From the IMG/VR virus record IMGVR_UViG_3300043313_001099, positions 11,462 to 75,461 of that record: a stretch of 64,000 bases of DNA. One strand, given 5' to 3'. Origin of the DNA: a virus. Position 1 is the stretch's first letter, and the number at the start of each line of letters is the position of its first letter. The notes under the pieces were generated by a model. It did not search any database. It worked only from the letters and a program-made list of their open reading frames with translations, and was not told where the DNA came from. The translations under genes were made by a program, and so were the position numbers. This document shows positions 18,305 through 28,758 of this stretch, piece by piece.

Positions 18305-19515
18305 TGACCCGGCGACGCCACGGCGGACTTGGAGTCCATCAGCGTGCCGCCCAGGACGTGCCGGAGCTTCCACTCCGAGCTGTCGGTGTCGAAGTCCCCG
18401 TCCTCGGGGGTGATCAGCCCGCCGCCGACGCGGACCGCGTTCGGGCTCTTCTGGAAGAGCTCCGGGGTCTCGTGGCCGATCAGGAAACCGACCTCCAGGG
18501 CCGGGCGGCCCGTGGACGGGTTGGCGAACAGGTACCAGGCGGTGTTGCCCACGGTGCCGGTCGTGGTGATGATCGGCAGCCACGGGTTCACGACCACGCG
18601 GACCTTGTTGCGCATCCAGTTCTGGGCGCGCACCTGGTCCCCGCCGGTACCGACACCGCCGCCGGCCGCCGCGAGGATCTCGGTGGCGTTGACGATGTTC
18701 AGGGCCACGACTTCCAGGGCCGGCGGAACCATCAGGGTCACGCCGTCCACGTAGATCGGCGCGCCCTCCGTGTCCACCTGCGAGCCGAGCAGGGTGTACG
18801 CGGCCTGGAGGCTGGAGACGGACAGGGCCGAGCCGGCCCCGGCGGTCACCAGGTTCTTGTTCCCGGAGGAGAAGAACGTGGCGTTCGGGCCGGTGCTGGC
18901 CGCGAAAAGGGCGGTGGCGAAACGCTCCTCGGTGCGCCGCGCCGCGTTGCCCAGCCGCGACGGGATGTCCCGGAAAGCATCCAGGTCGTCGTTGATCAGG
19001 GCTTCCCAGGACAGCGCGACGCGCCGGCCGTACTTCTTCACCGCGTAGCTGTACTCGCCATCGGTGAGGGCGGCGGCCGGGTACTCGGCCTGCTGCTTCA
19101 CCTCGGAGAGGACCGCCTCGCCGCCGTCCAGGGTGAACCGCTTGACGGTGCGGAAGTCCCGGACCCGGCCACGGCGGGCCACGGCGTCCCACTGGACGGG
19201 GGCCTGCTGGTACTTGGCCAGGATCTGCCGGTCCAGGATGTCCCCGAACAGGTGGCTGAAGTCCGAGGTGGTCATGGCCTCCGCGAAGCGGAGCGCCGCG
19301 TAGGCGTCCCCCTCGATGACCCGGGCGTACAGCTCGGCGGCCTCGGTCAGCGCGGTCAGGTACCGGGGGTCGTTGCGCTCCCGGCGGCGGCGGGAGCCGG
19401 CCGACAGGTTGACGCCCTCCCCGGCGTAGATGTTGCTGGTGGAGGCGTTGCCGGACGGGCCGGCCACGTACGAGGCGACCTCTCCGAACGCGCGCTCAAG
19501 GGTTGCAGTGCTCAC
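18301..19515 (-). CDS. Major capsid protein (Mu gpT-like, HK97 fold)
   Basis: TTSDFSHL, VRDFR, KYGRRVALSWEALINDDL and LMVPPALE motifs. Confidence 0.93.
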   Translation of the reverse strand: MSTATLERAFGEVASYVAGPSGNASTSNIYAGEGVNLSAGSRRRRERNDPRYLTALTEAAELYARVIEGDAYAALRFAEAMTTSDFSHLFGDILDRQILAKYQQAPVQWDAVARRGRVRDFRTVKRFTLDGGEAVLSEVKQQAEYPAAALTDGEYSYAVKKYGRRVALSWEALINDDLDAFRDIPSRLGNAARRTEERFATALFAASTGPNATFFSSGNKNLVTAGAGSALSVSSLQAAYTLLGSQVDTEGAPIYVDGVTLMVPPALEVVALNIVNATEILAAAGGGVGTGGDQVRAQNWMRNKVRVVVNPWLPIITTTGTVGNTAWYLFANPSTGRPALEVGFLIGHETPELFQKSPNAVRVGGGLITPEDGDFDTDSSEWKLRHVLGGTLMDSKSAVASPGQ

Positions 19516-19526
19516 GGGGTGGCCTC

Positions 19527-19883
19527 CTAGTAGCCGAGGGTGACGGGGATGGTGGCGGTCTGGCCGCTGGCGATTGCGCCCCCGGCGTAGCCGAAGCGCA
19601 CCCCGGCGACCTTCTTGGAGAGGACGGGGGTGTCCCCGGCGACGTAGTACAGGAGGTCACCCTCCGCGACGGCCGCGTTGCCGCCCGCGTCCACGCCCTT
19701 GACGGACAGCAGGTACTGCCCCTTGAACGTGCAGGTGGTCAGGCCGCTCACGGTGTCCTTGTCGACCAGGGCCACGCCGGGACGCTGCCCGTACAGGACC
19801 GGCGACCCGGAGACCGGCGAGGCCGGCTGGGTCACGGCCACGGCCAGGTTGTCGGCGTTCTCGAATACCTCGTTCTTCGCCAT
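19527..19883 (-). CDS. Capsid cement/decoration protein (DUF2190-like)
   Basis: MAKN...SGSPVLYG...GVAL pattern; immediately upstream of major capsid. Confidence 0.85.
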   Translation of the reverse strand: MAKNEVFENADNLAVAVTQPASPVSGSPVLYGQRPGVALVDKDTVSGLTTCTFKGQYLLSVKGVDAGGNAAVAEGDLLYYVAGDTPVLSKKVAGVRFGYAGGAIASGQTATIPVTLGY

Positions 19884-19889
19884 TGGTGG

Positions 19890-21674
19890 TTACCGTCCCT
19901 TCGCAGCGGTGGTGGCGAGCGCCTCGTCCATGCCGATGCGCCCGAAGATGCCGGCCAGCCGCGTTTGCGACTCCTCGGCGGTGGGCTCGCCCGGCCGGCT
20001 GCCGCCCAGCCCGGCGACGCGGCCGTGGCCGGCGGCCTCCAGGAGCGACGCCGCGAACGTGGACTCCGCCTCGATGGCGGAGGTGATCGCGGCCGTCAGG
20101 GCGGCCGGGTCCACGTCGCCGGACTCGGTGAGCGGGACGCGGCCGGTGATGCGCTCCAGGACGCGCGGCATGATCAGGGGGCGCATGGCCTCCGGCACGT
20201 TGCCGGCCTCCGCCATGGCCTGCGCGACCGCCGTCTGCCCGGCCTGGTTGGCGCGCAGGGTGCGGGCCTCCTGGATCGCGGCGTCGCGGGCGGCGATGGC
20301 GGCGGCCTCGGCGGCGCGCGCCTCCACGATCTGCGTCGACCGGGCCTCGGCCGCCACCCGGGCGCTGCGCTCGGTGTCGAGCTGCGCCTGGAGGGCGGCC
20401 TCGTTCGCGGTCAGGGTGACGGACTCGCTTGCCGTCCCCGCCGCCGGCTGGGTGCCGGTGTTCTGGTCTCCCACGGGAGCCTCCTCGGATCGGGTTGGTG
20501 CGACGGCGGCGTTCTCGACTGCCGTCACGGGGGTTGGTGGTGCGGGGGCCGGGGCTGCGAGGGCCTCGGAGCTGGTGGAGACCGGGACGAACGTGGTGCG
20601 TTCGAGCACCGCGATGGGGTCGCCGGTCAGGGTCACGTCGGGTACGTCTCCGCCGGACGCGGTGAATCCCTGCTGGAAGGTGCCGTCACCCTTGCCGCTC
20701 TGGGAGCTGCGGTCGTACCAGACCAGCCCCTTGTCGGGGTCGTAGTCGCGGACGTACAGGTACGTCTCCTTGCCGCCGTAGGTGGCGGTGAGGGCGCGGC
20801 AGAGGGCGCGGCGGGTGTCGTCGGCGGCGGCCTCCTCGGCGGTCGCCGTGGTGCTGTCGACGGGCGGCTCTTCCCAGCGTCCCCGGGTGAACAGTTGGGG
20901 GGCCTCGGCGTCCACCTTCGCCGTCCATGCCTGGAGGGCGTCCCCGATGGCGGAGGACAGGGTGATCCGTTCGGCGCGGCTGAGGCGGCCGTCGCCGTAC
21001 ATGCCGTCCGCGAGCTGAGTGAGGGCCAGGTGGAGCTGTGACTCCAGCCAGGTGCCGATGGTGCCGGCCTCCTGCGCGGTGGTCCGCGCCGACTCCAGGA
21101 GGGACACGATCGCGCCGCCCGCCCCGGCGCGGGTCACAAAGTCGACGCTGTAGCCCACGTCGATGCTCTCGAAGATGAGTCCCTGCCGGCCCTGCGCCTC
21201 CCCGAAGGACGCCGTGCCGGCGGCTCGGATGGAGAGGCCGATCTGTTCGGCCAGGGAGGCGACGAGGCCGGCAGCATGCGGGAAGACGACGATCTCGGCA
21301 TACAGGCCGTCACCCTCGTAGGCGGGGGTGGTGGCCACGTAGGCGGCGAGGTCCTTCACCGACCGGGCCGGCCGCTCCACCTGCTCCGTCTCCGTGGGAT
21401 GGTCCAGGAACATCTGGGTACCGACCGGCCACGCCTTGGGTCCATCCCGCTTCAGCACAGAGGCCGGGTAGTAGCCGGAGCTGCCCCACCGGTCGCCCTC
21501 GATGAGGCGGGCCCGGTACCGGCGGGGCGCGGTACCGGCGGCCGGCGCGGCGAGCTGTGCGCTCGTGGCCTCCGCCAGGGTGACGCGCTGCGCGGTGGCG
21601 GTCGCGGACTCGGCGGCGTACACCTGACCGCGTACCAGGGGGTGCGTGGGGCGGAGCTTGACCCGGTTGGACAT
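19890..21674 (-). CDS. Capsid maturation protease-scaffold fusion
   Basis: GSSGYY, MFLDHP, IGLSI and SVDFVTRAGAGG protease motifs; C-terminal helical scaffold. Confidence 0.85.
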   Translation of the reverse strand: MSNRVKLRPTHPLVRGQVYAAESATATAQRVTLAEATSAQLAAPAAGTAPRRYRARLIEGDRWGSSGYYPASVLKRDGPKAWPVGTQMFLDHPTETEQVERPARSVKDLAAYVATTPAYEGDGLYAEIVVFPHAAGLVASLAEQIGLSIRAAGTASFGEAQGRQGLIFESIDVGYSVDFVTRAGAGGAIVSLLESARTTAQEAGTIGTWLESQLHLALTQLADGMYGDGRLSRAERITLSSAIGDALQAWTAKVDAEAPQLFTRGRWEEPPVDSTTATAEEAAADDTRRALCRALTATYGGKETYLYVRDYDPDKGLVWYDRSSQSGKGDGTFQQGFTASGGDVPDVTLTGDPIAVLERTTFVPVSTSSEALAAPAPAPPTPVTAVENAAVAPTRSEEAPVGDQNTGTQPAAGTASESVTLTANEAALQAQLDTERSARVAAEARSTQIVEARAAEAAAIAARDAAIQEARTLRANQAGQTAVAQAMAEAGNVPEAMRPLIMPRVLERITGRVPLTESGDVDPAALTAAITSAIEAESTFAASLLEAAGHGRVAGLGGSRPGEPTAEESQTRLAGIFGRIGMDEALATTAAKGR

Positions 21675-21761
21675 GGGGCCTCCTCGGGCCTGGTGCCCCG
21701 GGGCGGGCACGACAAATGGCCGGGCTCCCCGGGGCGGGGGTCCGGTACTGGACGGGGATGG

Positions 21762-22838
21762 TCAGGCGGTGGCGCGCGCCCGGAGGTCACGGAGCGGGCG
21801 GACCTGGTAGGAGGGTCGCCAGTCGGCGGCCTCCCGGCGGACGGGGATGTCGTCCCAGCCGATCGCGCCGGAGCGGAGAAGCCCCAGGCGGGCCGGGCCC
21901 ATGATCGCGGTCTGCTGGTCGAGGGGGAGCCGGTCGAACCAGGCGCGGGCGTCGGGGATGGCGGGGGCGGTCTCCGGTACCCCGTGAATGCCGAGGTCGG
22001 CCCAGCTTTTTGTCTTGGGCATCCGGGAGCAGCGGCAGTTGGGGTGGCCGAGGGGGCCGGGGTCGGTCACGGGGTACTCGGTGCCGTTCTTCGCCAGGCA
22101 GGCCGGGCAGGTGCGCGGCCCCAGGTTGCACAGCCACACCCAGCCGTCCAGGACATCGGCGTTGGCGGTCTGGCTGTACCGAGAGGCCGTGCGGTAGGCG
22201 TCGAGGGTCTCCGTCCGGGCAATCACCAAGGCGCGACTCAGCCCACCCTGGAGGGCTCCCTCGGTACGCGCCACGATCTCCCGGGCGGTAGCCCGTGGGC
22301 CCGAGCCTGTCGCCACGCCGGCCACAAGGGACCGCTTCACCTGGTCGAGTACCGGGCCCGGAACCGCGCGGGCCTGCGACACGATCAGCGACTGCGACCG
22401 GGCAACCATGGAGTCCAGGGCGGACGGCAGGATCCGGGCGGCGAACCGGGCGGCGGCCTCCCCCTCCTGTGCGGCGGGAAGCTGCGAGGCGATGAGCCGT
22501 GGCTCGTGGTCGGCGGTTGCCCGGATCGCGGTACCGGCCGCGTCGGACACAGCAACGCCGGCCCGGCGGGAGAGCTGCGCGAGGGCCTGCTCGGCGGCCG
22601 TCAGGGCGGCCGCGAGGCGGTCCATGCGGGCCATCTCCCAGGGATGTGGCCAGCGGCCGAGGCGCGCTTGTGCTTCCACAAGGTCCTCGGCCGCTGCCTG
22701 CACTCGGCCCTCCAGCTCGGACCAGGCCAGCGCCCACGCGGAGGTGAGGCTACGAGTCGCCTCGTCTGCTGCGCCGCCCACGGTCACCCGTAGCTGCCGC
22801 AGGAGCCGCAGAGACTTCCGGTTCACCGCCACCGTCAC
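21762..22838 (-). CDS. MuF-like minor head protein
   Basis: IARTE, RTCPAC and HPNCRC motifs. Confidence 0.92.
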   Translation of the reverse strand: MTVAVNRKSLRLLRQLRVTVGGAADEATRSLTSAWALAWSELEGRVQAAAEDLVEAQARLGRWPHPWEMARMDRLAAALTAAEQALAQLSRRAGVAVSDAAGTAIRATADHEPRLIASQLPAAQEGEAAARFAARILPSALDSMVARSQSLIVSQARAVPGPVLDQVKRSLVAGVATGSGPRATAREIVARTEGALQGGLSRALVIARTETLDAYRTASRYSQTANADVLDGWVWLCNLGPRTCPACLAKNGTEYPVTDPGPLGHPNCRCSRMPKTKSWADLGIHGVPETAPAIPDARAWFDRLPLDQQTAIMGPARLGLLRSGAIGWDDIPVRREAADWRPSYQVRPLRDLRARATA

Positions 22839-24477
22839 CCTCCCCGTCGTCGGCTGAGGGGTCTTCGTCGTCCGGTGCCATGGCCCCGCCGGGGAGCGCG
22901 TCGGCCGGGTCAGCTCCGGCGCGGTGGGCGTTCAGGGCGTTCCGGCCGGCCGCGCCGATGTCCGGCGGGGCCGGGTACTGGAAGTTGCCATCCTCGTCTA
23001 CGAGGCCGTCCAGGATGGCGTCCACGTCGCGGACACCGAGGGCCGTGAGAAGTAGTCGGGCCACTTCCTCCGGCGGCAGGACGCCCGTTGAGGCGGCCTC
23101 CACGATGGCCTTGACCAGGGTCTCCGGGTCGATGTCGTCCAGGGCGGGCCACACGAGGTCAATCGTGGTGTCGGTGTCGCCGGTCAGGGTGAGGGTTTCC
23201 TTGCCGGAGGCCGGATCACGCTTGATGACGCCCTTGAGGGCCCCCTGTGGTGCGCGGACCGACTCCACGATGACGTACCGGAGGAGCCGCTGGTAGGCGG
23301 CGGCCCACAGCTCCCGACGTTCCGACATCTCCAGCTCGGTCGGGCGGTCCAGGGTCTCGGCGGTGGCGCGGGCACCGCTCACCCCGGGGTCTCCGAGGAG
23401 CATCGTGACGGGGATGCCGAGGGCGGTCGCCACCATGGCGGCCAGGGGCCGGCCGGAGTCGGCGTCGATGGTCGCCCCCGACTTTGACACTGCCTCCAGG
23501 GTCACGTCTGGTCCGAGGAGGGCGGTCGCGCCGGCCCCGCCCGGCTCCCCGTTCGCGTCGAGCTGGCCGAGCTTCGACCGGGCCTGTGCTGCCTTGGAGC
23601 CGGACGCCGTGGCCTTCCAGGCGTACCGGGCGAGGGACCGCATGAGCCGGGCCCAGTCCTCCAGGAACTCGCGGTAGGCGCGCGCCCAGTCGACGGCGGC
23701 GTACGCATCGGGGATGCCCCGCTTCCAGCCGTCCGGCTCGTTCACCTTCAGGTGGAGGACGGGGGCGTCCCAGGCCACGGGGAAGCCTGCGATGCTGCGG
23801 GGCCGGGCGGCCGGCCGGTACCCGAGGGCGGGGTAGAACCGCTCCAGGACCTCGTTCGTCGGTTCGCCGGTCGGACCGTAGGTGACGCGGGTCCAGCGGC
23901 GGCGGAAGAACCAGGTCTCCGCCGCGTCCTCCGGGTTGCGGATCACGTCCACGATGTCGTCGGCCGGCAGGGTGCGGACCTGCACGTCCCCGGTCAGGGG
24001 CCGGGTGAAGCAGGCGAGGAACACCTCGCCGTCCGTGCCGAGGGTCCGCTCCAGGCGGGTCCGGGCGGCCGGGCCGGTGACGGCGGCGGCGTTCAGGTCG
24101 TCGTCCAGAAACGCCGTGATGACGCCCTGCACGTCCTGCTCGCCGTTGCCCTTGGAGCCGTTGGCGCGGGCACTGATCTCCGCACCCTGGCCCCACACGT
24201 ACGCGGACCGCAGAGCCAGCCCCCGCTTGAGCAGGGGATTCTTGATCGAGTACAGGCGGCAGATGGCGCGGAGCTGCTTCAGCCCCTCCGGCGTGAACTC
24301 CTGCTCCGCCAGTGCGACGAACCGGGTCCAGCCGGCTTCCATGAGCTGTCGCTCCAGGCCAGCCACGGACTCCGCCAGGAGCAGGTTCGACTCTGCGGCC
24401 TGGCCGAGCTGCTCCCGGAGCTCCACGGTGCCGGCGGCGGACTCGGCCAGACGGGTGAGGAGGGCGGGCAGGCGCAC
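22750..24477 (-). CDS. Portal protein
   Basis: Between TerL and MuF; DGEVF and ATAETLDRPT motifs; about 575 aa. Confidence 0.88.
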   Translation of the reverse strand: MRLPALLTRLAESAAGTVELREQLGQAAESNLLLAESVAGLERQLMEAGWTRFVALAEQEFTPEGLKQLRAICRLYSIKNPLLKRGLALRSAYVWGQGAEISARANGSKGNGEQDVQGVITAFLDDDLNAAAVTGPAARTRLERTLGTDGEVFLACFTRPLTGDVQVRTLPADDIVDVIRNPEDAAETWFFRRRWTRVTYGPTGEPTNEVLERFYPALGYRPAARPRSIAGFPVAWDAPVLHLKVNEPDGWKRGIPDAYAAVDWARAYREFLEDWARLMRSLARYAWKATASGSKAAQARSKLGQLDANGEPGGAGATALLGPDVTLEAVSKSGATIDADSGRPLAAMVATALGIPVTMLLGDPGVSGARATAETLDRPTELEMSERRELWAAAYQRLLRYVIVESVRAPQGALKGVIKRDPASGKETLTLTGDTDTTIDLVWPALDDIDPETLVKAIVEAASTGVLPPEEVARLLLTALGVRDVDAILDGLVDEDGNFQYPAPPDIGAAGRNALNAHRAGADPADALPGGAMAPDDEDPSADDGEGDGGGEPEVSAAPAAATGDRGRRSRRGDS

Positions 24478-24490
24478 GGGGTACCTCCTC

Positions 24491-26017
24491 TCAGACCGGC
24501 GAAATGCCGAAGTCGTCGTCTGTGTCGTCCTCCTGGAGCGTCCCGTCGATGAGGGGGTCGAGGAGGATGCGGGCCAAGCCCTGGCTGAGGGTGTCCACTT
24601 GGTCGTCGTTGGCGGACCGGGGGAAGGCTGCGGCCTCGTTGATCAGGCCATCCACCCAGGGGGCCAGCTCCACGTCCGGCAGCCACACGTTCCCGGCCTG
24701 AACGAACGGGGAGACCGCGCGGGCCCTCGCCAGCTTGGAGCCCTCCGGCTCCACGGCGATCAGGCCGGAGACGCGGCGGCGGAGGGAGTTGATGACGGCC
24801 GGCCCGTTGGCCTTGTCCTCGATGTAGATGGCGAGGGCCTGCGGCCAGAGCGCCCGGACGCCGCGCACAGCCTGCACGGTGTCGGTGAACGACAGGCGAC
24901 CGCGCACCTGGTGGAGGAGGTAGGCGTCGGCTCCGCGCCGGCCCCACACCTGCCCCACCACGAAGTCGGTCGACTCGGAGTCCTTGAACGCCATGTCCCA
25001 GGACTGGCAGATCTCATCGAAGCCGAGCCCCATGCGGGAGCCGTCCGCGCGCTCAATCCACTGCGCGGCGGTGTAGAACTTCCACCATTCCCGCTTGAAC
25101 ACGTCGCCGGAGTCGGGTGCGGGTGCGCCCTGGTACAGGGCGGTGAACACGCGCTCCCCAACGTCCTTGCGGATCTGCTCCCACTGCTGGACGGTGCGGC
25201 CCCGGGCGGACACCATCCACTCGCCAGGCTGCCGGCCGAGGGGGTCGGTCTGCCCTTTCTCCGGCCGGTGGTTGGCCTGCGCGGGGATGTTGATGAGCCG
25301 CCACTGGGAGTCGTCTTCCGCGAGCAGGCGGCCGGCGAGGTCGTCCTCGTGCCAGCGGGTCAGGATGATGATGACCGGCGCGCCGGGCGCGAGGCGGGTA
25401 CGGGCAACGTTGGTCCACCAGTCCCACACGTTGTCGCGGTACGTCGCGGAGTCGGCCTGCTTCCTGTCCTTGATCGGGTCATCGATGATCAGGACATCAA
25501 CGGCGCGGCCGGTGAGCGCGCCGCCGATGCCGGTGCAGTACACGCCACCCCGGGAGCCGTTGAGCTGCCATTCCTGCGCGGCCGACGTGTCCGGCCGGAC
25601 GGTCAGGCCGAGGGTCGGGTGTTCCGCGATGTCGTTCCGGATCGCACGCCCCCAGCGGCGGGCCACGCCGTGCTCGTAGGAGGCGATGGCGATGCGGAGC
25701 TCCGGGTTGCGGATGAGGAGCCACAGCGGCGTGCGCCGGGAGACCCGCTCCGACTTACCCTCCTGCGGCCCCATGGTGATGATGAGGCGCTCGCAGCGGC
25801 CCTCAGCTACGTCCACCAGGGCGGAGTCGATCAGGTCGAGGGCGGGGGTCTGGACGGTTCCGGCGTCGATCTCCTTGGCGAGGAGACCGGGGCTGGTGAA
25901 CTTCTGCCGGGTGGCTTCACGGACCTTCGCTGCCAGCTTGTCCCGCAGGCGCTCTTTCTCCGCCACCTGCCAGTCGCGCCAGGAGGTCCTCGATCTCTTG
26001 GTCGAGGGAGTCGACAT
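24491..26017 (-). CDS. terL: Terminase large subunit
   Basis: GPQEGKS Walker A, LIIDDPIK Walker B, TRWHEDDLAG, IEDKANG, DDQVD nuclease motif. Confidence 0.95.
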   Translation of the reverse strand: MSTPSTKRSRTSWRDWQVAEKERLRDKLAAKVREATRQKFTSPGLLAKEIDAGTVQTPALDLIDSALVDVAEGRCERLIITMGPQEGKSERVSRRTPLWLLIRNPELRIAIASYEHGVARRWGRAIRNDIAEHPTLGLTVRPDTSAAQEWQLNGSRGGVYCTGIGGALTGRAVDVLIIDDPIKDRKQADSATYRDNVWDWWTNVARTRLAPGAPVIIILTRWHEDDLAGRLLAEDDSQWRLINIPAQANHRPEKGQTDPLGRQPGEWMVSARGRTVQQWEQIRKDVGERVFTALYQGAPAPDSGDVFKREWWKFYTAAQWIERADGSRMGLGFDEICQSWDMAFKDSESTDFVVGQVWGRRGADAYLLHQVRGRLSFTDTVQAVRGVRALWPQALAIYIEDKANGPAVINSLRRRVSGLIAVEPEGSKLARARAVSPFVQAGNVWLPDVELAPWVDGLINEAAAFPRSANDDQVDTLSQGLARILLDPLIDGTLQEDDTDDDFGISPV

Positions 26018-26435
26018 GCTCCACCTCCGCACGGACCCGCGTGGGCTGGTCCAGGCCGAGGAGCTTCGCCCGCCGTTCGCTGATCTTCAGGAGCGAGTCG
26101 ATGGCCTTGAGGACCACTCCGTCATCGATGAGCGGCTTGCCGTCCTCCGGGTTGACGGCGATCTTGCCGGCGGCCGTGACGTGGACGTGCTTCTCATAGA
26201 GGACGCGCCAGGCGGAACGGGCCATCTCATCCAGGCGCTCGGCCTCCATCTGCCGGAGCTCATTGGCGGGCTCCAGGAGCATGTCGGCCAGTCCGCGCGC
26301 CACTGCCTCGTGAGCGGAGGCGACGGACCGGAACCCCATCTGTGCGGCGATCTGCCGGTACGTGAGGTTGCGGCGGCGCAGGTCGACCGCCTGCGCGTCC
26401 TTCTGGATCTGTGCGACGGTGCGGCCCCGACTCAT
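25917..26435 (-). CDS. terS: Terminase small subunit
   Basis: N-terminal HTH (TYRQIAAQMG) and ERRAKLLGLD motif; directly upstream of TerL. Confidence 0.85.
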   Translation of the reverse strand: MSRGRTVAQIQKDAQAVDLRRRNLTYRQIAAQMGFRSVASAHEAVARGLADMLLEPANELRQMEAERLDEMARSAWRVLYEKHVHVTAAGKIAVNPEDGKPLIDDGVVLKAIDSLLKISERRAKLLGLDQPTRVRAEVEHVDSLDQEIEDLLARLAGGGERAPAGQAGSEGP

Positions 26436-27868
26436 CCCCCGGTCCCCCTCTCGGCGTTCAGGCGGAGGAGGAGATCTCGCAGCTCGCCGTGCCGGTCGTG
26501 CCGGTAGCCGCCGGGGTACTCCATGTTGAGCTCCGCGTCCAGGGCCTCACGAAGCGTGGACTCCGGGAGCGACCGGGGCCGGCGGCAGACTGCCTGGATC
26601 GTGGAGGCGCTCGCCGCGAGGCTCAGCGACACGTCGTGGAAGTAGCGGTCAAGGAGCTCACGGAGTCCCTCGACGGTGTGGAAGTGTTGCAGGGTCCAGA
26701 CGCCGGAGCGGAACGACGCGGAGAAAGCGTCCGGGTCGAGGAACTCGATGCGCCGTGCCCCGGCCGCCCTCATGTACGTCGAGTTGCTGTGCATCTGCGT
26801 GAACGCCCGATTCCGGGTGGCCGCGTAGAACGTGCCATCGGCGGCCGTGAGGGCGTTGCAGGACGCCAGCACCCACTCCTCGAACTGGAGCGAGGTCAGG
26901 GAGTTGAGCACGGAGTCCAGTACGACGTGCTGGTACAGGCCGTGGGCCTGGACGTCGGCCGCGATGTTGAGGAGCTGCCGGACGACGGCGCGCACGCTGA
27001 TGCCGCGCGCACCGGCGGGCTGGAGATGCGGCTCGTAGGCGAAGGCGCGGTGCCCGGCGGCCAGGAGGCGGGCCACGTAGTCGCCGTGGCCGGCCCCGAA
27101 GTCAACGAGGCGCTCCCCGGGCTTGATGGCCGGGAGGATGTACCCCTCGTACAGGGTGGATTTCTGGTCGCGGGACTTCGCGCCTCGGGCCTCGTCACGG
27201 CGGAGCCGGTTCATCTGGCAGAGGAGCTGGTTGTACGGCTTCACGCCTAGGGCGGTGTAGTCGTACACCCCGTAGTCGCGGGCCAGGGCGTCCAGGAAGC
27301 CCTGCACGTCTCCGGCGGGGAGGGTGTACGCCAGGACGGGTACGCGGGCCAGCTTGGCGGCCAGGGCGTAGTCGGCGTTGAGGATGATCCGGCCGTCGGG
27401 GTCGGCCACGACGGAGCCCCAGGGTCCGTACTGGACGATCAGCTTCACGATCTCGCGGACGATCATGTTGCTGGACTTCCCGGTCACGTCGCCGTGCTCC
27501 ACGGTGGAGTAGCCCACGGATAGGCCGGCGGGGATGTGGGCGGTGCCGCGTCCGGTCTCCACCGAATTGTGGAACAGGTTGAAACGGATCTCGTCGTGGA
27601 GCCGCACCTTGCGGGAGAGCAGGATGGCGGGGGTTGTGGCGACGCCGTTGGCCTTGAGGGCGCGGGTCCGCTGGTGCCCGGCAACCAACGTGCCGTCCGC
27701 GTTCAGGATGACCGGCTTGCACATGCCGTACCTGCTGATCGACTCCCGGAGCGCGGCGAAGGCGTCGGGGGTGATGCGGCGCGGGTTGTATGAGGCGGGC
27801 TGGAGCAACTCGACGGGGAACGCCGGGTCGAATCGGATCTCAGTCTGCGCGGAGAGGGAGGCGGTCAC
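26432..27868 (-). CDS. ParB/Srx-domain protein fused to a class I SAM methyltransferase
   Basis: YNPRRI...LVAGHQRTRAL ParB motif; second degenerate ParB-like unit; VDFGAGHG SAM motif I; VLDSVLNS. Confidence 0.85.
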   Translation of the reverse strand: MTASLSAQTEIRFDPAFPVELLQPASYNPRRITPDAFAALRESISRYGMCKPVILNADGTLVAGHQRTRALKANGVATTPAILLSRKVRLHDEIRFNLFHNSVETGRGTAHIPAGLSVGYSTVEHGDVTGKSSNMIVREIVKLIVQYGPWGSVVADPDGRIILNADYALAAKLARVPVLAYTLPAGDVQGFLDALARDYGVYDYTALGVKPYNQLLCQMNRLRRDEARGAKSRDQKSTLYEGYILPAIKPGERLVDFGAGHGDYVARLLAAGHRAFAYEPHLQPAGARGISVRAVVRQLLNIAADVQAHGLYQHVVLDSVLNSLTSLQFEEWVLASCNALTAADGTFYAATRNRAFTQMHSNSTYMRAAGARRIEFLDPDAFSASFRSGVWTLQHFHTVEGLRELLDRYFHDVSLSLAASASTIQAVCRRPRSLPESTLREALDAELNMEYPGGYRHDRHGELRDLLLRLNAERGTGG

Positions 27869-28656
27869 ATCGGCCGCCCTTCGCTGAGCCAGAGGAGGAA
27901 GCCCCAGTCCGTCGTGTGCTCGTGGAGGTACCAGCGGTAGCGGACCAGAAGGGCCTCGATCTCCTGGTCCGTGATGCGCAGGTTCATCTTGCCGATGCGG
28001 ACCACGGTCGTCGTGTCGCCGGACGCGCCCTCGGACTGCTGCCGTTCGGGGGCGGCGAAGGCGGGCACGCCGGCCAGCTCCGGGTCGTCGTCAGCAGCCG
28101 GCGCGGCCGGGCCTGCGCCAGGCATGGGGGCCGGCTGGCCGGGGACCGGGGCGGGCGGGGTGGCCGGGGAGGCCGGCGCGGCTTCACGCGGGTCTGGGTC
28201 GCCCCAGCCGGCGTCATCCTGGCCCCGGTACAGGGCGCGGTGCGCCTCTGCCTCGTCGGCCGCCAGGAGCGCGGTCACGTCCTCCCCGGTGTACCCGGTT
28301 GCCGCGAAGTCGTCCGCGTCCCGGAGGAGCGCAACGAGGGCGGCGGTGTCGTAGTCAGCGAGGTCGGAGGAGCGGTTGTCAACCAGGGCGATGCGCTTGG
28401 CCTCAGCGTCGGTGCAGGTGATGACCTCGCAGCGGGCGGTGGTGGCGCGGCCGAGCTCGCAGATGGCCTGGTACGTGTTGTTGCCGACGAGGATGACCAG
28501 CGCGTCCCCGGTGTCCCGGACGGTGAGCGCCCGGTACTGCCCGTTGGCCGTGAGGCTGGCCTTGATGACGGGGATGTCGCCGCGTCGGGCGTTGCCGGGG
28601 AGCTGTGTGAGCTGGTCGAGGGGGATCTCGCGGGTCTCGACGTAGATGGCGGCCAT
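27865..28656 (-). CDS. ParB/Srx-like domain protein
   Basis: PGNARRGD...SLTANGQYRAL...ILVGNNT...IALVDNR motif. Confidence 0.85.
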   Translation of the reverse strand: MAAIYVETREIPLDQLTQLPGNARRGDIPVIKASLTANGQYRALTVRDTGDALVILVGNNTYQAICELGRATTARCEVITCTDAEAKRIALVDNRSSDLADYDTAALVALLRDADDFAATGYTGEDVTALLAADEAEAHRALYRGQDDAGWGDPDPREAAPASPATPPAPVPGQPAPMPGAGPAAPAADDDPELAGVPAFAAPERQQSEGASGDTTTVVRIGKMNLRITDQEIEALLVRYRWYLHEHTTDWGFLLWLSEGRPM

Positions 28657-28684
28657 GCTGCGTACCTTCCATGCAGATCAGGAG

Positions 28685-28727
28685 TTGACACGAGGTTACC
28701 CGTGCGCGTAACCTTAGGGATGTAAGC
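28685..28727 (+). promoter_or_regulatory. Repeated phage promoter P1 (TTGACA-N18-TAACCT-N7-GTAAGC) with GACACGAGGTTA operator-like site
   Basis: Direct match to the window-wide consensus. Confidence 0.85.
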
Positions 28728-28758
28728 GAGTTACCCCGACAGGAAAGCAGGCACCGGC

